Notes under the pieces: generated by a model | Told to the model about the DNA's origin: nothing | What the model saw: the letters and a program-made list of their open reading frames with translations, nothing else | Database searches by the model: none | Position numbers and translations under genes: made by a program | Assembly: GCA_030141605.1 (NCBI GenBank) | Contig: JAQGDQ010001787.1 | Span: forward strand, 1 to 25,575 | Length of the DNA stretch: 25,575 nucleotides | From: Tubiluchus corallicola | Lineage: Eukaryota; Animalia; Priapulida | Direction: 5' to 3' | Part shown: positions 20,653-25,575 of the stretch, piece after piece | Layout: every line of letters begins with the position of its first letter | Numbering within the stretch: the first letter of the stretch is position 1

Positions 20653-21098
20653 CCCTTTCAGTCCCAAATTATTTTTTAATAAGAAAAAAATCTTGGCTTG
20701 ATACTTTTGTTCAGTATGTCCATCTTGTTTACACATAATAATTATTTTTTTCTACCTGCCCGCGTGCTAAATATAGCCTGTATCCTACGGGATACATTGG
20801 GATTCAATGGAAGCATAAAATGTGCTTCATTTTGCAACTGCTGATAATTTTTTAAAGTATTTAAGACATTTAGTATGCATTCTATACTGATCTGTACAAA
20901 GTCATCTCTAAAGTATTGTACCTTGCACAGTTTTTTATGCTATGTAGATTTTCTAGTTTGCCATTTTATCACCATTTTTAGTCTATTGTTATTGGCTTAA
21001 ATCAAAATAACTATTAACAGATCAAACAACTGTCAGTTTTAAAATTTTATTAATTTTAAAGGCAGAAAATATTTTCGTATCCCACGGGTATGAAAGGG
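20653..21098. mobile_element. piggyBac-type MITE, copy 2
   Basis: TTAA|CCCTTTCAGTCCC ... GGGTATGAAAGGG|TTAA; colinear with and highly similar to 13604..14072. Confidence 0.88.
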
Positions 21099-21229
21099 TT
21101 AACGATGTTTCCTGTGTTAAAAAGACAGAGGTTACAGAGTGCAGACTAGTTTTTCTGATTTGTTACGTAAAAAGTCAAAATTTAACAGGCTTAAATCAAT
21201 TTTCGGAGACAATCGTGATGTTTTACGTC

Positions 21230-21478
21230 TACGGTTTAATCTAGTGGTAAGGCGTGTGCTTTCCGTCTAGGAGGTCGTGAGTTCGAACTAGCGGCCGGGT
21301 CATACCAAAGACTTTAAAAATGGTACCTGCTGTTGCCCTGCCTGACGCGTGGTATTTAGGGTAAAAGTGGGGTAATAATAGTTTCTGTTATGTAGTTGTA
21401 GGTTGTTATTTACATTCGGTGATAATAGCACTTTGAGCGAATGTTAATTGTTGAACCAAAAGCCGACTTTAAATACAG

Positions 21479-21553
<75 letters not shown>
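21230..21553 (+). mobile_element. tRNA-derived SINE, possibly Meta-domain type, with (ATT)n tail
   Basis: A-box-like TAATCTAGTGG, B-box GTTCGAAC (~21281), then GGGTCATACCAAAGACTTTAAAAATGGTACCTGCTG, which resembles my recollection of MetaSINE central domains; (ATT)n at 21478-21553. Confidence 0.7.
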
Positions 21554-21556
<3 letters not shown>

Positions 21557-22368
21557 CTATGATAAACAATAATTTATGCTGATTATATTAAAACTATACC
21601 GTGGATGTATCTTTACGGCTTGTTTTTAATGTTATAAATTTCGTAAAATCACCACAAGCATTTATAAGCAGTTAGTAGTTTTCTAACACACCACAGACAC
21701 TTGCGCGTCGGCCAGCTTCATATAAAATGTCAGATAGTATCGTACATAATCTTGACATAGAATACAAGGAAAATTCTTTTTGATATCACGTAACTTAGTT
21801 GATCTAGTGGTAATTTGAAATAACCTATATATGAATTTCGGTGGTAAACTGCGTTTTATACACACACACACATAAATATATATGTGTGTGTGTGTGTGTA
21901 TATATGAAAGATTCTCAGGAAAGCACCATATATGGCGATCAAGGGGAAAAACCTCCAAAAATTCCCGTTTTTTTGCAAAACTTATAGCTTTTTATTTCTA
22001 AGGATTGGGAATGGGACAAGGCTGGTGCCAGTAATGGTTAGATAGCCCGTTCATCGGTGGGCGTAGTAGTCATATTTAGAAATCGCGGGATAGCCACGGT
22101 ACCCGCAATGGGCGTTTTCCCGGACACAAGTCCCGATGTTTTGACCGAACAGCCCGTAGAAGAAACGTTCTAGCTGCGGCTGATAGGACTCTTGGAAAAA
22201 GAGGAGGAAGAGGCCTACACGATGAAGTAGGGCACATTTTAGGACGCCTCCTCCAAGAGGAGCTGTGACGGGTTGATCGTAGGTTCCATTTCGGGCAATT
22301 CTTGCTTAGAAAACTGCTGACGCCATTCCATTGTACTCATTATATCAACAGTGTTTTTCTTGGTGAAC

Positions 22369-22541
22369 CAGTGGTGCACGCTGGGAAGGTGAGTCAGTGG
22401 TGCATGCAGGGATGGTGAGTCAGTGGTGCATACTGGGAAGGTGAGCCAGTGGTGCATGCTGGGAAGGTGAGTCAGTGGTGCACCCTGGGAAGGTGAGTCA
22501 GTGGTGCACGCAGGGATGGTGAGTCAGTGGTGCACGCTGGG
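22369..22541. repeat. 26-bp minisatellite, ~6.5 copies
   Basis: CAGTGGTGCA(C/T)GCTGGGAAGGTGAGT at 22369, 22395, ... Confidence 0.95.
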
Positions 22542-23097
22542 ATCGCAATGCAGTATTGTTTTCCAGACAGCGCGAATATTTTAAATTACGCAAGAATTTT
22601 CTTTAACTCTTTCAAACAGGTAAGTGTAATGAGCAGTAATTTAACTTTGTGTGGAAGGTTCTTTGAGATGTACGTTAAAATTCTGTTTCCTTTTCCTTTA
22701 ACTTTCTCCTATTTTCTTTTCAGAGATTTTTAACGACAATAATATTACTAACACTGAATAAAAATGTAGAGAACAGTTATTATCAGTAGGATAAACAACA
22801 TTATGATTATTATGTATGTATTTACATAAGTGTTTGTTTACCTAAGCAAAAATTACATTATCATAAAAGTGACAATTGTCATTAATGTACAAAAATTGAA
22901 ATATCTGTATAAAATAAAATTTGATTATTATAGTATGTTTGATTTGTTCATAAAATCAGCCAACAGATGTCACTGGTAAAATTAATTTCTACTTTTGATT
23001 AATTAAATTTTAACGTCATCTTTACAAACATTTGTAACGTCTATGCACATTACAGACGGATGAGACATAATTGGAGCATGGCAAGTGCTGCCCTCTA

Positions 23098-23226
23098 TCA
23101 CATGAATGTTGAGTCATTTGAAGCAGGCATGTGTCGCCCTCTATCGCGAGATTCGAACAACTGTCGCAGCAATTCTGATTTTTCTCGTTCTAGCTTTACG
23201 ATCTTCTCGTTCTTCTCTGTCATTTC
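23098..23226 (-). CDS. SAPCD2: Suppressor APC domain-containing protein 2-like, last coding exon (EMTEKNEKIVKLEREKSELLRQLFESRDRGRHMPASNDSTFM*)
   Basis: Acceptor TTTTTGCAG|GAA. Matches the remembered human C-terminus EVTEKSERITQLEQEKSALIKQLFEAR...DSTFI. TGA followed by TAG. Missed by the ORF track. Confidence 0.87.
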   Translation of the reverse strand, partial: EMTEKNEKIVKLEREKSELLRQLFESRDRGRHMPASNDSTFM

Positions 23227-23622
23227 CTGCAAAAATAAACAATTTTTTTGATCGGCCATCTTGTAAATAGCTAACAATTTTTTGTTCGGCCATCTTGTAA
23301 ATACCTAATTATTTTTTAAAGCTACATTTTACTGCACAGAACCAGTCAGTAATTTACGTATTAGAGCCCTAGGTATTTAGGTGTACACGTATGCGTATGT
23401 AAAAATGTTTTTCAGTATTTTAGTAAGCAAAAGTTTAAAGGAAAAGTCAAAGCTTTTGGGAAAAATGCTGGAATTTACTAACAAGACAGTGATCAGCGCC
23501 ACCTATTATTAGTAAAATCACACTAATCTTACTCTTGGGCGCTCCTAAGTTAAACGCCCACTCTTCCACCAATGATAGGAGTGTAGAATAAATTCAAAAT
23601 GTTAGGTTAAACTAGATCGTAC

Positions 23623-23757
23623 CCTGGTCAGTAACGTGTTTTGCTCCTTCAGTCTCGTAACAACCCTCTCTGTTTTTGGAGAATAATTGTTCTCTTGGCT
23701 GGTGATGATTTTTGGTTGAAGTTGACGCAACGCCAAGTTCATGTGTTGAGGAAAATC
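23623..23757 (-). CDS. SAPCD2: SAPCD2-like penultimate coding exon (DFPQHMNLALRQLQPKIITSQENNYSPKTERVVTRLKEQNTLLTR); earlier exons not found in the window
   Basis: Acceptor TTTTTACAG|GAT, donor AGG|GTACGA, 135 nt, joins the last exon in frame; LKEQNTLLTR|E parallels human LKEQNRLLTQE. Confidence 0.83.
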
Positions 23758-24447
23758 CTGTAAAAAAACGTCATGACGTCATCACACTAATGAGCCTTTT
23801 CGCATTTTCGTTGTGCGCATGCGCGGTTCCTGTAGCTCGAAGGTTAGGTGTACCAAAGCAACGCATCTTTTTAACAACAACCATTACGTGACATTTAACT
23901 ACAACCATTGCGTGGATAAAGCAAAGCCGTCTGCTGCTTCAGTTCATGAACTTCAGTTGTTTTACGTGGACATTTTAATTATGCATTAGTCTGTTAGAGT
24001 AACTTACTAGCAGGATCTGCTTGGGAACAAGAACAAAATGAACTAGGTAAGGTTCCAGCTAGCTGTTAAAACTGTTAGTATTACAACAACATGGGCTGCA
24101 TGGCGTTGTCAAGTGTACACAAATGTGTTGTCTGGTACACTTAACCTTTGACCTTTTAACGATCATCATCAGTCGTGGAAATGTGAAAGGCTCATGTTGG
24201 TAATTAACCGTTTTGCAAAAAAAGAAAAAAGATCACAATGAAAACCCAATTAAAATTTCTTAGTAAACATTCATTCATAATTTTCATGTATTTTAAAAAA
24301 CAGTTTTATTCTGTGCAAAGTTTATTTGTTTACTTCAAATGTTATTCAATACGCTTATAATTGTTATTAAACTTTCTGTAATAGTAGCATCAGTCATCGG
24401 GAGGCCACCTCTCTGTATTTTGTTGAATAATTTCAATGATTTTGCAT

Positions 24448-25320
24448 TTCGAAGAGTGTTGCATATTGCTAATGTCTACACTCAGGAAGCAACTTGCAAT
24501 TGGCCGCGAAACGTCTGTTTTATTGTCGAATTAAAACACAATTCTTTTTATCATAACATCCATGATTCCTACTACAATCTTTGTTTTATTAGCATACAAT
24601 GATTAGGTTATTTCAAAGAGTGTTGCATATTGCTAAAGTTTACATAGAATAAGCAGCTAGCAATTGGCTGTGAAACGTCTGTTTTATTGACGAATTAAAA
24701 CACAATTCTTTTTATCATAACATCCATGATTCCTACTACAATCTTTGTTTTATTAGCATACGATGATTAGGTTATTTCAAAGAGTGTTGCATATTGCTAA
24801 TGTTTACACTGAATAAGCAGCTAGCAATTGGCTGTGAAACGTCTGTTTTATTGTCGAATTAAAGCACAATTCTTTTTATCATAACATCCATGATTCCTAC
24901 TACAATCTTTGTTTTATTAGCATACGATGATTAGGTTATTTCAAAGAGTGTTGCATATTGCTAATGTTTACACTGAATAAGCAGCTAGCAATCGGTTGCG
25001 AAACGTCTGTTTTATTGACGAATTAAAGCACAATTCTTTTTATCATAACATCCATGATTCCTACTACAATCTTTGTTTTATTAGCATATGATGATGTGGT
25101 TATTTCAAAGAGTGTTGCATATTGCTAAAGTTTACATAGAATAAGCAGCTAGCAATCGGTTGCGAAACGTCTGTTTTCCTGTCGAATTAAAACACATTTC
25201 TTTTTATCATAACATCCATGATTCCTACTATAATCTTTGTTTTATTAGCATATGCGCATTAGCTCATTTCAAAGAGTGTTGCATATTGCTAATGTTTACC
25301 CTAAATAAGCAATCAGCAAT
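24448..25320. repeat. 164-bp tandem repeat, ~5.3 copies, probably within a SAPCD2 intron
   Basis: AAGAGTGTTGCATATTGCTAA at 24452, 24616, 24780, 24944, 25108 and 25272. Confidence 0.96.
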
Positions 25321-25575
25321 TCAATGAGCTAACATACTACAAGCAGTTATAAAAAGCTCATTTTATTATACTCTACTCGCAATAAACCATCAGGTCGACG
25401 ACTTACAATTATACAAGGAAGACTTGGTAAAAACATTACTACAAAATCTAGTCTCGTAGCAAATAACAATTTTATTATCGACAAAAACTACTACCGATAA
25501 ACAAACATTTTTATTTTCATGCCTCCATATAATTTTATTAACAGGCGTAAAGTCATTTTGAAGTTGTTGTTCACT

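Noticed and set aside
21232-21300. Functional tRNA gene
   Set aside because: Boxes are present but the cloverleaf stems are poor, and it continues into a SINE body and (ATT)n tail.
22005-22345. GC-richer block as an exon or rRNA fragment
   Set aside because: The frames I translated gave no recognisable protein or consistent splice sites, and I saw no rRNA signature; left unassigned.
23060-23251. 63-aa plus-strand ORF
   Set aside because: Antisense shadow of the SAPCD2-like last exon.

Overview
AT-rich, repeat-laden animal (probably invertebrate) genomic DNA; it is not prokaryotic and has no CRISPR array. Most ORFs in the supplied track are artefacts of micro/minisatellites. Real coding content: (1) a two-exon SPMIP1/ATP6V1FNB-like sperm microtubule inner protein gene, join(1183..1589,3184..3316), 179 aa; (2) three further same-strand paralogues, join(7391..7519,9240..9509), 11611..12750 and 17345..17824, which keep the SPMIP1-like N-terminal helix but replace the rest with a different shared motif set (RPxTxxTxYR, CxxPxRY, WCCxQ); (3) the last two coding exons of a SAPCD2-like gene on the minus strand (23623..23757, 23098..23226). 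Also present: two piggyBac-type MITE copies, two hAT-type MITE copies, an inverted pair of a ~420-bp repeat, a tRNA-derived SINE, RFX X-box and CRE motifs, and about ten tandem-repeat arrays. The best candidate for something undescribed is the SPMIP1-derived tandem gene family, including a TGA in paralogue 2 that sits exactly where the other two have the W of WCC. Family assignments come from remembered sequences; no database search was run.
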